Source: Candidatus Heimdallarchaeota archaeon (lineage in GTDB: Archaea; Asgardarchaeota; Heimdallarchaeia; JABLTI01). From it: a stretch of 64,000 nucleotides of DNA. The notes beneath the pieces were generated by a model, which saw only the letters and a list, made by a program, of their open reading frames with translations, made no database searches and had not been told where the DNA came from. Both the position numbers and the translations under genes were made by a program. This document shows positions 37,736 through 48,700 of this stretch, piece after piece. How positions within the stretch are numbered: the stretch's first letter is position 1; each line of letters opens with the position of its first letter. The stretch spans positions 1-64,000 of the forward strand of contig DXJV01000001.1 of the NCBI GenBank assembly GCA_019056785.1. The letters run 5' to 3'.

Positions 37736-39388
37736 TTGGAGAAATTAATATTGAACAAGAAAGTGGTTTTTTCAATTGCAGTAATTGCTTTGATGCTATT
37801 TCTTCCTATGTTCTCAGGGCAAGCAGTAGTCACACCTGACGATTTAAATGATTCTTCCCTTATAACTTCAGCAGGTGACGGTTCGACGGAGATCGCCCAA
37901 CCAGATGGAACATATGTTGTGAATGGGACAACAATTGAGGTAAATAGCATTAATAGCGATGAAACAGAAGTAATCTTAAACAACACTTACAAAGTACATA
38001 TAACCCAAGCACCAAATGTGTTTCAAGCAGACTTCTATGAAATGTCCGGTGGTGGAGGACCACATATCGAAGCTGACACTCGAATATTGGGCGTCACAGT
38101 CGCAACATATGAGACAAATACAACAGTATCGGTCTATATCTCATCTTTTGGAGAAATAAAAATCATCAATAAGGGTCCTGACACGTGGATGGTTGAACTT
38201 CCAGATCTCGTCGTTCATTATGATGGTACAGTAAATTCACTTGTGATATTAACACCAGACTATGTGATAATTGTTGACGAACATCTCATAACGATAAATT
38301 CTCCTTCCTATATGCCTATTGCTTTGGAAAAGTATGAAGAGCGTTTCTGGAGAATTCATGTTTTGGCCGGAATAATGAATGTCACATATTTCCCAACACG
38401 TTATTTTGCTCCCAATGACAATCTCACTGTTACAGACGATCTTGGTAACGTTATTTTTGGTCCTGCAAAACCTGTGCCTTTTAACATCGTTAATCCAACA
38501 GGTGTAACCTTCACATTTCAAGATGAAGTGTTGGTTATTTCATACCTCTATTGGACCGTTTCGTTCTATCCTGATTTCATCGTTCTTCAATACTTTGACA
38601 TAGCAATTACTTTATACTTCGACTATTATGGCATCCTTGAGCGAGTTATAATTCTTATTCTAGACTTTACCTTTGTTTTCTACTACATCAATGTCCTCAT
38701 TGAACTTTATTTTGTCATCATTTACTATGACTTCGAAATAAAATTCTATTACACACAGGTCGTAATAGTATACCAAACGATAGAAATAGTGATCGTTTTT
38801 ATCTCAATTACATTGTGGGAAATAACTATCATCTGGCATATTGATGTCTGGCTCATTCAAATTGTCATCCTTATCCAACTAAATGTTGTCATCGTTCAAC
38901 CTGTGAGACTTATCTTTATCCCCGTAATAGTCCCAATATTCATTCCAATTGTATATTATGTCCCTGTCTTTATCACAAACATAATTCAAGTGTACATACC
39001 CTATGCTGCTTTACAAGTCTATATTGATGTCTATTCTCAAGAATTACGAAAACCAACGCACACTATTCAATACTTTGTCTATGATCAAACTGGTGCGCCA
39101 ATCAATGATGCAACAGTAACAGTAGCTTACAATGGCACTGTTTATCCTGCGGCCTTCATTGCAAATGGTATTTATGAAGTCAACCTTCCAGCATCTGACA
39201 AGAAAGAAACAATCACTGTTACAGCTATGAAAGATTGGTATCCTGATGGCATTCTCACTTATGACTTGAATGTTACATGGGTAACTGAGGTCGTTACACA
39301 AAATACCCCCTTATACATCCTTCCAATAATCGCCTCGCTTGCATTCTTGGCAGTTGGTACAACCATTATCCGGAAAAGAAAGAGGTAA
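37736..39388 (+). CDS. Surface protein with an extremely hydrophobic beta-strand-rich central region, Ig-like domain and C-terminal TM anchor
   Basis: Signal peptide; aa about 256-430 dominated by I/V/Y/F/L; D..G.PI.DATVTV..GIYEV; TM plus RKRKR. Confidence 0.8.
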   Translation: MEKLILNKKVVFSIAVIALMLFLPMFSGQAVVTPDDLNDSSLITSAGDGSTEIAQPDGTYVVNGTTIEVNSINSDETEVILNNTYKVHITQAPNVFQADFYEMSGGGGPHIEADTRILGVTVATYETNTTVSVYISSFGEIKIINKGPDTWMVELPDLVVHYDGTVNSLVILTPDYVIIVDEHLITINSPSYMPIALEKYEERFWRIHVLAGIMNVTYFPTRYFAPNDNLTVTDDLGNVIFGPAKPVPFNIVNPTGVTFTFQDEVLVISYLYWTVSFYPDFIVLQYFDIAITLYFDYYGILERVIILILDFTFVFYYINVLIELYFVIIYYDFEIKFYYTQVVIVYQTIEIVIVFISITLWEITIIWHIDVWLIQIVILIQLNVVIVQPVRLIFIPVIVPIFIPIVYYVPVFITNIIQVYIPYAALQVYIDVYSQELRKPTHTIQYFVYDQTGAPINDATVTVAYNGTVYPAAFIANGIYEVNLPASDKKETITVTAMKDWYPDGILTYDLNVTWVTEVVTQNTPLYILPIIASLAFLAVGTTIIRKRKR

Positions 39389-39483
39389 AACTCTTTTCTC
39401 CCTTTTTTTTCTTTTTTACTTTCTTACTTTAAAAAGAGCAAGCTTTTAATTTGAGCAGAGGAATGTGACAGCTTAAAAGAACA

Positions 39484-40617
39484 ATGCTCGTGAGAAAAAT
39501 GCAAGTCAGACAACCAACAGTTTTTATTGATAAAGCAAAAGTTTTGGCCAATATCGAACGAATGTGTAAAAAAGCTCAAAACAACAAAGTGCTTTTGCGC
39601 CCTCATTTTAAAACCCATCAATCAGCAACTATTGGTGAGTGGTTCAGGAAAGCAGGTGTCAAAGCAATCACTGTTTCTTCCGTTGAGATGGCTGAGTACT
39701 TTGCCGAACATGGTTGGAACGACATTACAATTGCTTTCATTGTTAATGTCCAGCAAATCGAACAAATCAATGCTCTGGCAAACAAAATCACTTTGAATCT
39801 ACTAGTTGATTCTTTTAATACGGTGGAGTTTTTAGACAAACACTTAACTGCGAATGTAAACCTCTGGATAAAAGTTGATACCGGTTACCATCGAACAGGC
39901 ATTAATTGGGATGACGAGGCAACATTATCACATCTCATTCGCCGGATTAAGAACTGTGAGAAAATGCATTTCGAGGGGTTATTGACCCATAATGGGTTAA
40001 CTTACAATGCTAAATCTCGCGAGGAAATAAAAGACTTGCATGAAGATTCTATCATTAAATTAAAAGATATCCAAGAACGGTTGTTTTTGCAAGGTTTTTC
40101 CATCGTTAAACTATCTATTGGTGACACTCCGGCTTGCAGTGTGGTTGAAGATTTTAAAGGTATCAATGAAATACGTCCTGGTAATTTCGTTTTTTATGAT
40201 GTTATGCAATTAAAATTAGGTTCCTGCACAGAAGAACAAATTGCTATGGCAGTAGCTTGCCCAGTTGTGGGAAAATACCCGGAACGGAACGAATTGGTAA
40301 TCTATGGAGGAGCAGTTCATCTTTCAAAAGAGTATGTTAGTGGTTTTTTTGGTAATGAGATTAATTATGGATTAATAGCTTTTCCGAAAGAGAAAGGCTG
40401 GGGAAAAATCGAACAAAACGTCTACCTTGCAAAGCTTTCACAAGAACATGGCATTATTTCTGCTCCAAAAGATTTTATTGAAAAAATTCATGTTGGCGAC
40501 ATTCTTTTTGTTTTACCAATTCATTCTTGTCTTACAGGTAATCTCCATCAGCATTATTTTACTTTAGATTCAAAGGAAATTACAACAATTAAAAGAAATA
40601 AGAGAAACCAAGTATAA
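39484..40617 (+). CDS. Fold-type III PLP enzyme (D-threonine aldolase / D-serine dehydratase-like)
   Basis: RPHFKT, DTGYHRTG, TH.G..Y, GDTP, EIRPGNFVFYD, SQEHG, PIHSC. Confidence 0.88.
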   Translation: MLVRKMQVRQPTVFIDKAKVLANIERMCKKAQNNKVLLRPHFKTHQSATIGEWFRKAGVKAITVSSVEMAEYFAEHGWNDITIAFIVNVQQIEQINALANKITLNLLVDSFNTVEFLDKHLTANVNLWIKVDTGYHRTGINWDDEATLSHLIRRIKNCEKMHFEGLLTHNGLTYNAKSREEIKDLHEDSIIKLKDIQERLFLQGFSIVKLSIGDTPACSVVEDFKGINEIRPGNFVFYDVMQLKLGSCTEEQIAMAVACPVVGKYPERNELVIYGGAVHLSKEYVSGFFGNEINYGLIAFPKEKGWGKIEQNVYLAKLSQEHGIISAPKDFIEKIHVGDILFVLPIHSCLTGNLHQHYFTLDSKEITTIKRNKRNQV

Positions 40618-40630
40618 GAAATGCTTGGCG

Positions 40631-41242
40631 TTATTTAATATCAATTTGTGCTTTACAAATTGGACAATGTTGCTTGGAAGAAAGCCATTCGATTAAATGG
40701 TCGTCATGGAAGAGAGTATAGCAATTGGGGCACTGGAGGACGAGGTCATCTTTTGTTAAGATTAGTTTGCAAATGCCACAAGTCTGTTCTTCCAATGTTC
40801 CTCTGTAAATTAACGGGGCAATTTTCTGCCAATCGACTTCGTAGGTTTCAGCTTGTTCCTGCAAGCGTATTTGTGAATTCTCTTCAACCTGTTTTGGTAT
40901 CTTTAATGGTGAGTCATCAATTGCTTCTGAGGATTGATACGGTGCTGCTAATTTGGTAGAAGAAACTCTCTCTCCGGATGGCGTTTGTTTCTTTAAAGCA
41001 CTGAATGCTCCTGTAAAAGTCGCTATTGTGGTAAATATTACGACTATGATAAATACAGACATGCCAATGCCACCAACTATCACAAATGGTAAATACGTTT
41101 TAAAATCCATTAAGCGATTAAAATCTCCGCCAATTAATCCAACTCTAATTACCAATGCAATTCCTGATAAGATAACAAGCCCAAAACTGATAAAACCAAT
41201 AATTAACGGAATTGAAAAACGTACAGTTTTTTTTGTCTTCAA
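40631..41242 (-). CDS. Two-TM membrane protein with C-terminal RING-type zinc finger (putative E3 ligase)
   Basis: CGIC..CPNC..H..H..EW..CPIC. Confidence 0.82.
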   Translation of the reverse strand: MKTKKTVRFSIPLIIGFISFGLVILSGIALVIRVGLIGGDFNRLMDFKTYLPFVIVGGIGMSVFIIVVIFTTIATFTGAFSALKKQTPSGERVSSTKLAAPYQSSEAIDDSPLKIPKQVEENSQIRLQEQAETYEVDWQKIAPLIYRGTLEEQTCGICKLILTKDDLVLQCPNCYTLFHDDHLIEWLSSKQHCPICKAQIDIK

Positions 41243-41388
41243 TTTAGTTCCTATTGATGATTATTTTTTAATTATTAAAACCTTTGTAAAAATAACATAG
41301 GCATAAAAATAGAATTAAAAGTAGTCAAAAAAGGCGTTTAAAATTTTGTCGAAAGAAATTTCAATAAAAAAGAAAAAAAAAGAAGTTA

Positions 41389-42291
41389 TTATTCGCTAAC
41401 TTCTTGTACCTGAATGGCTGCTTTTTTAATATCATGAGAAGAACTGAAGGAATAAATAATATGCATGCCTTCTCGTTCTTTCATGGTTCGTACAATCCAG
41501 GCTTTTCCGCGAATTCTTTTCTTTAACCAATCTGGTAAGATCCAACCGAGATAGCCAAAGATCAGCCGTAAAATTGTTGCCGCTAATCGCAAGGCTTGTA
41601 AGAAAAGCATTGCTTTTGAATTCGAATAAATACTTGGGAGGTAAAACAGCACGAGTACAACGGTACTTCCTATCAGAGAAACAATACTTATGTCAATGTA
41701 CAATATTCCTCTTTTTGGCACCGGTTCGGTTATTTTCCTATCAATAATAACAACATTGTAGCTAATTCTTAGCAAGACAAAGATAAGTAATGGAATAAAC
41801 AATACGAGTGAAAGAGCTGCTACCGGCGCAAAAATCTCAATGTTCGTATTTGGCAATAAGAAGAGGTCACTTGTATTAATATACAAGTCCTCTCCAAGTA
41901 ATAACTCTGAAAACATGGTAGTAGTAACTACTGCGATTGTTTCACTGAGGAACACACCCATGAGTGATTTGACAAAGTCATTGTCCTTGAGAATATGTCG
42001 TGTGGAAAAGAAATAGAAGAATAAGATACTTAAGGCATACAAGTTCAAGAATAGTATTTGGAAAATTCCTGAGAGATTTTTTGAACTAATATTAAAAGCC
42101 TCAAACCAATAGGATAGTGTATTTGCACCCTCTCCTAAACCGAGTAAAGTAAAAGTGAACAATAAAAATGCTGTACCAAGAGTCTTTTTCTTGATAAAAG
42201 CATAAAGCAAGAATAATGCATAACTAATTGCGAAAATCCCAAGAAACAAAGAGGTAATGAGATAAAACCATGTTTGACCTGTAAGTGCCAT
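41389..42291 (-). CDS. Seven-TM membrane protein of unknown function
   Basis: About 7 hydrophobic helices by eye; ends YLGWILPDWLKKR followed by a soluble tail. Confidence 0.75.
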   Translation of the reverse strand: MALTGQTWFYLITSLFLGIFAISYALFLLYAFIKKKTLGTAFLLFTFTLLGLGEGANTLSYWFEAFNISSKNLSGIFQILFLNLYALSILFFYFFSTRHILKDNDFVKSLMGVFLSETIAVVTTTMFSELLLGEDLYINTSDLFLLPNTNIEIFAPVAALSLVLFIPLLIFVLLRISYNVVIIDRKITEPVPKRGILYIDISIVSLIGSTVVLVLFYLPSIYSNSKAMLFLQALRLAATILRLIFGYLGWILPDWLKKRIRGKAWIVRTMKEREGMHIIYSFSSSHDIKKAAIQVQEVSE

Positions 42292-42295
42292 TTTT

Positions 42296-42829
42296 TCATT
42301 CTCCTAAAATTTTTATGAACCAAGACATTGATTCAAAAATACCTTCACCTGTTTTAGCTGAAGTTTCAAAGACTGCCCACGTGATTTTTAAATTTGGGTC
42401 CATTAAACCAAAATCGCCGACAAATTATACACGTTCCATCCTATCGGGCAGATTAATTTTACTAAGAATTATCAACAATACCGGAATTTCAGGATTGATT
42501 TGGTTTTTAATTATGTTGTGGAAAATTTCCTTTGTCTCTTCAAACCAGAGATAATCTGTGCTATCTACAACATAAATAAGTGCATTTGTTTTTTCATTGA
42601 TATCTGTTCATAGAGGCCGAAAATCTTCTCCTCCCAAATCAAAAATATGGATGTCTAAATTTGGAAAGCTAATTGTTTTACGATTCAATCCCATTGTTGG
42701 TGCTGTTTCTTTGAATTCTTCTTCGATTAAATAGTTTAAATAAGTAGTTTTCACTGCTTTGTCCAAGCCGCAAATTGTTAGATTAACTGGTTTCGACTTG
42801 CGTCTGAAGAGCCTGCGGAGAAATACCAT
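42296..42829 (-). pseudogene. Pseudogenised Arf-family small GTPase (178 codons, two in-frame stops)
   Basis: The frame continues past TGA 42608-42610 (RPL*, normally RPLW) and TAA 42425-42427 to ..ALIYVVDST..ETSAKTGEGIFESMSWF..; the P-loop reads GLDKAVKTT, G3 DLGGE and G4 SKIN. Confidence 0.88.
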
Positions 42830-42856
42830 TTGTCTCTTGCCCCCTCCTCTTACTTG

Positions 42857-43357
42857 CTATCTCCAAATGTCGTCTTTAACAGACTCGAGAAATTCTTCAC
42901 CTCGATCTTTCTTTTTCTTTTTTGAATCGTCATCAAAGTTGAATTCTAAGGTGACAACAGAACTGATTTTAATCTTAACTTTCCCTTTTTTGAGACCTTC
43001 CAACATACTTGACAGAATCTTAGAGAAGGTATTGGTATCGCTCATGTTGTATCTTTGAAGTTCCATGATCGTGGAGAAGAATTTCCGAACAGTATCACGG
43101 TCATAATTTGGATTGTCGTAGATAGCCACTAAGGAGGCAATGTTCTGCCGTTCATCACTGGGAACCGAGAAAATAAAGCACTCTATTTGATAGCCTTCTA
43201 CTGTACTAGAGGCAAAATCACCTGCTTTGGCACTAAGGGGCATACTCTTCAAGACAATTTCATTCAAAATAATATTGGGTATGGTATCAGGGACAACTGT
43301 GACAAGTTCAAGCCCAGACTTTCCAATGCTCGTTAAACAAAGGTTTGTTGGTTTCAA
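42857..43357 (-). CDS. Longin/uDENN-like small protein
   Basis: Strand/helix pattern (..IVLKSMP..ECFIF.V....RQNIASLVAIY..) resembles uDENN/longin; sits directly upstream of an Arf gene. Confidence 0.5.
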   Translation of the reverse strand: MKPTNLCLTSIGKSGLELVTVVPDTIPNIILNEIVLKSMPLSAKAGDFASSTVEGYQIECFIFSVPSDERQNIASLVAIYDNPNYDRDTVRKFFSTIMELQRYNMSDTNTFSKILSSMLEGLKKGKVKIKISSVVTLEFNFDDDSKKKKKDRGEEFLESVKDDIWR

Positions 43358-43641
43358 AAAACCCCTTACAAAATGATTTTCTTGTAAAACACTCGTTTTT
43401 AAGTTTTAAAGGAAATTGTTTAGGCAAATGAAAAGCATTTTAAGCAAGTTATTTAGTAGAAAAAGAATAAATGTACTTCAAAACAGCAACTTTTCTTTGA
43501 CTTTTTTTTGGGAAAAATACGTTTTTTTAATGATTTTAGTTTCAAAACTATTTTGAAACAATTATTAGAGAATATTCATTTATTTTTTTGACCTTATTTA
43601 ATGTGAACACTGGAGATAGTAAGTAAAAAGGAGGAAAAGAA

Positions 43642-45777
43642 ATGGTCAAACAAAAACAAACAATCCTTTTGGTAAGTCTAATAGTCATTTCAAGTTTTTT
43701 TTTGTGTTTTAGTATACAGAGAAATTCCAGTGGGGTATCTGCTTTTGACTATCCTGTTACTCGCAGCCAGGAAGACCTTACAATTGAGTTCACCACAAAC
43801 CAATCTGGCATTGGAAAAGACAGTGGTGCTTTAGGAACCTTGGTCCTAAGAAATAATGGTGCAAATGCCATTGGGAACATCGCTATTGACTTTGGTCTTA
43901 ATGGGAAATACGTAGAAATAACTACTAGTTATGCTCAGCATCAAGAGCTAAGCCTGTTAAACCCCGGCTATTCTGAAACATTCAATATCGAAGTTGGATT
44001 AAACAAGTCAGAATTTACCGGTGAGGAACCATTAAACATGGTAGATCTTTGTCTCGTCTTTGATAGTAGCGGTTCAATGGGTGAGGAAATCGAGGCTGTA
44101 AAAAATGCGTTCTTAGACATTGTAAGCAATTTAACTGAACAGATCGATTCTCTCCAAATTGGTGCTATTGCCTATGGTTGGGCGAAATACTCGGAATATC
44201 CACAAGAAAGTCCAAACAATTACGTTCCCTTTACCGAAGACTTTGATTGGGTGAATGATTTTATTAATAGCCTTTATCCTGCAGGAGGGACCGAACCGTG
44301 GGGAGACGCTCTCTACCTGGCAAATAGCTGGAATTGGCGCCCGGATGCAAACAAACTTCTCATAATTGTTGGAGATGAGGATTGCGACCCGGGTAAAATT
44401 GTTGGGGCCGGTTCTTCCGGTTCTTATTATAATGGTTCACAATTGGTGGAGGTCGTTGAAAACCTGAAGGCAAAAGAGGTCAAGATTAATTCAGTTCGTA
44501 CAGGAAATGAAGCAATTTTCGTTAATCAATTCACATGGATAGCTGAAGCCACAGAAGGTATAAGTGTAGATCTTGAGGAGCTTCAAAATGGCGATCCACC
44601 GATCACTCTGCCTGAGCTAATTGAATCATGGACCTTGGAACTCAAGCGAGAATACTATATCTATCTTTATGCTAATATTACTTGGACAGAATTTGATGTG
44701 GGAGGAGATATTACTTATTCCACCCAAAAAGGACTTTATTTGTTATTTGATGTTGCTCCACCTTTTATTAGCGTTTCAACATTAGTAATAGCAAATCCTG
44801 ATTCCACATTTACATTTCAAATCTATGCAACAGTCAAAGATTTATCAGGCATCGCTACGACCAGTATTTACTGGACCTTTGATGACCTAGACGGTGGGTC
44901 CGAACCTCTCTGGCATTTTGAGATTTTAAGTAATATTTCCAATCATGTCTATTTGAAAGAATTAACAGGGTTAGCTCTCGGGGAAAACCTTTCGTTTTAT
45001 TTTGTTGCATTTGATTCATTATACAATCGCGGAGAAAGCCAGATATACAACTGCACAGTGGAAATTCAAAAAAATGTCTTTGGGACAACAACAACAGTCT
45101 TCTTTCCGGCTAATAATACAATGGTCGCCCTCTATTTCGACTTAGCGAAAAAGTCGTATGGGTATTTGAGACTTGATAATTTTATTGGTAGCTATTCACT
45201 TTTGCCAAATTCAAACTTCACTCTTGAAACCAAATTTGTCAGTGAAGATAAGCAAATCGTTCGTGTGATTAAAACGGGTTTAGAGGATTTCGCAGTAATC
45301 ACCTTTGTTGGCAATACAACAACTGACCCAACAATAATCTTCTGGAACTTCGATATTTTCTTAATAGAGGAAGAATTAAATGGCTATAGTTCCTATTTCG
45401 ATGCTAAAAGAACAAACCTTTTGATTCGTGTTGAAATTAGCAATGAAAATCAACTCTGCTTGGTTAGAATTGATCCAGAGCTCATAGCAGTTGTCAAAGT
45501 CTTCGATGAAAATTGGAATTACATCGGAAAAGCCAGTTTCACAGAAGCGTTAACACTAGTAGAAGGGACTTATTATCTTTGGGCGTATAATGTCTTACGA
45601 GATGGATCCTTTAAATTCTATTTCGGGAATGATCCCCCCCTAGAAACAGATAACTATTATAACCAGGTGCCAATTCCATTCCCGATACTTCTTCTTATCG
45701 TTATTCTCACACTAAGTGGGTTTTCCCTCTTTAATCGAAGAAAGAAGCACCGGGGAAAATATAAACAAAGGATTTAG
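43642..45777 (+). CDS. Membrane-anchored vWA (MIDAS) / Ig-like surface protein
   Basis: VDLCLVFDSSGSM (DxSxS), GGTEPWGDAL, WRPDANKLLIIVGDE; signal peptide; C-terminal TM plus basic tail. Confidence 0.88.
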   Translation: MVKQKQTILLVSLIVISSFFLCFSIQRNSSGVSAFDYPVTRSQEDLTIEFTTNQSGIGKDSGALGTLVLRNNGANAIGNIAIDFGLNGKYVEITTSYAQHQELSLLNPGYSETFNIEVGLNKSEFTGEEPLNMVDLCLVFDSSGSMGEEIEAVKNAFLDIVSNLTEQIDSLQIGAIAYGWAKYSEYPQESPNNYVPFTEDFDWVNDFINSLYPAGGTEPWGDALYLANSWNWRPDANKLLIIVGDEDCDPGKIVGAGSSGSYYNGSQLVEVVENLKAKEVKINSVRTGNEAIFVNQFTWIAEATEGISVDLEELQNGDPPITLPELIESWTLELKREYYIYLYANITWTEFDVGGDITYSTQKGLYLLFDVAPPFISVSTLVIANPDSTFTFQIYATVKDLSGIATTSIYWTFDDLDGGSEPLWHFEILSNISNHVYLKELTGLALGENLSFYFVAFDSLYNRGESQIYNCTVEIQKNVFGTTTTVFFPANNTMVALYFDLAKKSYGYLRLDNFIGSYSLLPNSNFTLETKFVSEDKQIVRVIKTGLEDFAVITFVGNTTTDPTIIFWNFDIFLIEEELNGYSSYFDAKRTNLLIRVEISNENQLCLVRIDPELIAVVKVFDENWNYIGKASFTEALTLVEGTYYLWAYNVLRDGSFKFYFGNDPPLETDNYYNQVPIPFPILLLIVILTLSGFSLFNRRKKHRGKYKQRI

Positions 45778-45788
45778 GAGGAACAAAA

Positions 45789-48700
45789 GTGTTACGTCGG
45801 AAATTGCAGCGATATGTCATAATAACCAGCACTATCTTAGTCATCCTATTAGTTGCAACAATAACAACTTATGCGTTTCAAAAGGACCAAAAATTAACGA
45901 ATCCACAATTAGTGGAAGATTATTCGTATACATTAATTGACAACACTTCTTTCAATTTTTCTACCATTGAATTTGAGAGCATTAATTATAATAGTTCAAT
46001 GACTGTTGTTGATGTTCTCTCGATTGATGATTCTCTAACTAGCCCTCCGAATCTAATCATGGTTTATGGTTCAAAAGAAAATACTACAGGGTATCAGCAT
46101 GGATTCATTGAGCTTTATGCTGTAAGCCAAGTTGGCTACCAAGCGGCGCTCCAAAAAGTGGCGGGATTCCTTGATGCTTCCCTAGACAATGAGACAGTAT
46201 TCCAAAAAGGATGTTATTTTATCAATAACATTAATGACCTTTTCTTCTATATGTTAAAGCAGAAAGGTCCGGATTATTTTATTGATATATTGGCTTATCA
46301 GAATCAGCACTTGGAATTAAACGCCTCCATCCCAATTAACTCTTTACTGTTAGAAGAAACATGGGATTTTGCTGTCATGGATAAAGAACCGGACAAACTT
46401 GTCAATCTCTTTCTGGTCGGGCAAAATCAAACCACACATAAAATTTCCTTAGTAGAGTTTCAGTTAAATGTGACAACCACAAACATGAATTATATTCAAT
46501 CATTTTCTTGGGATTTTCAAGGAAAAACCTTTGTTGATTTACAGACAACCTTGGAAGCTGACGCTGCGTACTTCTATCTTTGTAGCGTGGGAACGAGTCC
46601 AGCTTTATATACTTCCATGACTGTTTTTTCAGTTCAAAAAACCCTAGAAAGCTCCCTCACACTGGTAAGTAATAACAGCTATACTTATGGGGGCAATTCT
46701 TTCAGAGCTTACTCAACAAAATTCTTGTCAAGAGCTAACACCGGGCACAAACAGCTAGCATTGTTTGGAACATTAATTATCGATGGTGTAGATAGCTATC
46801 CTTATTGTCTAATTCTCTCCTATACAAATGGCGTTCCAACAGCAGCGGAGGGAATACAACTGGAGCAAACGCCTAGTTGGTGTTTAACAGGTTTTATTGC
46901 TGATTTAAACTATGACAGCGAAAGAGAACTTGTGCTTTTCACATATGACTTTGTTTATCATCAGCGAAGTGAGTTTACACTTCTTTCTAACACCACTAAG
47001 CAAGAACTTACTAGCGGTTTGTACTCTTTTTCACAAGTCAAAAGCAGCGCTTTGTTAACAATTGAGGGGTTGAGTATAAGCGCCATCTTAGCTAAAGACT
47101 CGAGTCAAAACGATGTTTTAGTTTTTCACAAACTCGGGTTTACACCCTTTAAATTACGAGCAAATTCTGAATTATTGCAAATTAATGCTCTAAACAGTTT
47201 ACTCTTAGAAAGCTATGGCATAAATGGTACACCTATTACGGTCTCAAATGCAATTACTAATTTTGCTGTACATGGGGTGGTGAATTTAGACACAACTATA
47301 ACAATAATGCCTTCAATAATAACCTTAGAAATACCTAGCGTTGCTCACTCGAGTGATCTTTTACAGTTCTCTATTGATATCTTTCAAAATTCGTTCGTTA
47401 TTTACAGTAAAACATTTTATGTGTCGTTGGGATATGTGCCAAAGATAACTGTGATTGCCCCAGGGTCACCAATAGCAATCCGTTTGAATGAGTCTAAAAC
47501 CGAGATTTTTGAATTTTTAGTAAACAATCAACTGCCGGTTACTTTAATCGGTGAAATTTCTATTATTAGTTCGCAAAGAACAAAGACTACCCAAATCAAT
47601 TGTTTGCCAGCCGAAGAGACCGAAATAGGCATCAACTTCAATTTTGCAAAGCCTGTCGGAACAAAACAAGCAGTTGAGAATCTATCAATTCTAATTAAAA
47701 CTCAAATTGGAACTTTCAGATTCCAATATGCTGTAGTAGTTTCAACTGGTTTGACAATTGGCTATATGGATCTAACAGCAATAACGGTTACTTTACTCCT
47801 TATAACAACGATAGGTTATTTAGCTTTTGTTTTTGCCATCTCTCGAGAGACAGAAGAAAGTCTCGAAGCCTATTACTTGTTAAAGGAACCCAAGAAGCTG
47901 GAGTTCAAAAGATTTGAAAAACAAGCACAAAGACATTTGCTTCAAAAATGCCTTCAGAATAAAAACTGGCAAGTGGGGTTGGAATTAGCAAAGGCTCGTT
48001 ACCCCGAGTACGTTGCGAAATTCCTAAAGTTCAAAGCAGACGAACAATTACTCATGGCTCAAAAGCTTCTCCAGAATGGAGAATTTATCAAAGGTTTATC
48101 CCATTTGGAATCTGCTCGCGAAGCTCTAGAAATGATCCGTTCCAAACCAATCGTTGAGCTCCTTGATGGGTTCATTATACCCTTAAAGAAGCTCTTAGAT
48201 GCTATAGAACATATGAAAGGGTTAGAGAAAGTTGCCATGCTCAAAGATGCTTTTCAGAAGTTGCTGCGATTACGTAAAAAGAAAGAAGAAGAGAAAAAAG
48301 GAGAAGAGGAAGCGTTTTCCTTAAAAGAATTCCCATTCTATCTTATCGCCAAAGAATTAGCTGTTGCTTTCAAAGAAAATGGTGACTTGGAAAATGCATT
48401 GAATTTCTTGCAAATCGCATATCAGGACGCTCCCAATGGGAAGAAAAATGACATCGTGCTGGAAATCACAGACCTTATTCGCCTCGGATTAAAGCCGAAA
48501 GAACTAACAATTCCAGATGATTTTGAGGTAATAAAAGAGCGGTTAAAGAATAAAAAAATAATGTGCTTTAATTGCGGGTTCAAATACTTTGACTCTGAAC
48601 CAACTTGTCCGCAGTGTGGTACCGGAACAGTTAAATGTTCTGTTTGTAAACTGCCGATTTCTTTTGGTTCTTTAACACTCGAGTGCCCTCATTGTCATAC

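Noticed and set aside
42608-42610. TGA at a conserved Trp as evidence of genetic code 4 or Sec recoding
   Set aside because: The same gene also has a TAA and degraded GTPase motifs, and TGA terminates many intact genes in the window.
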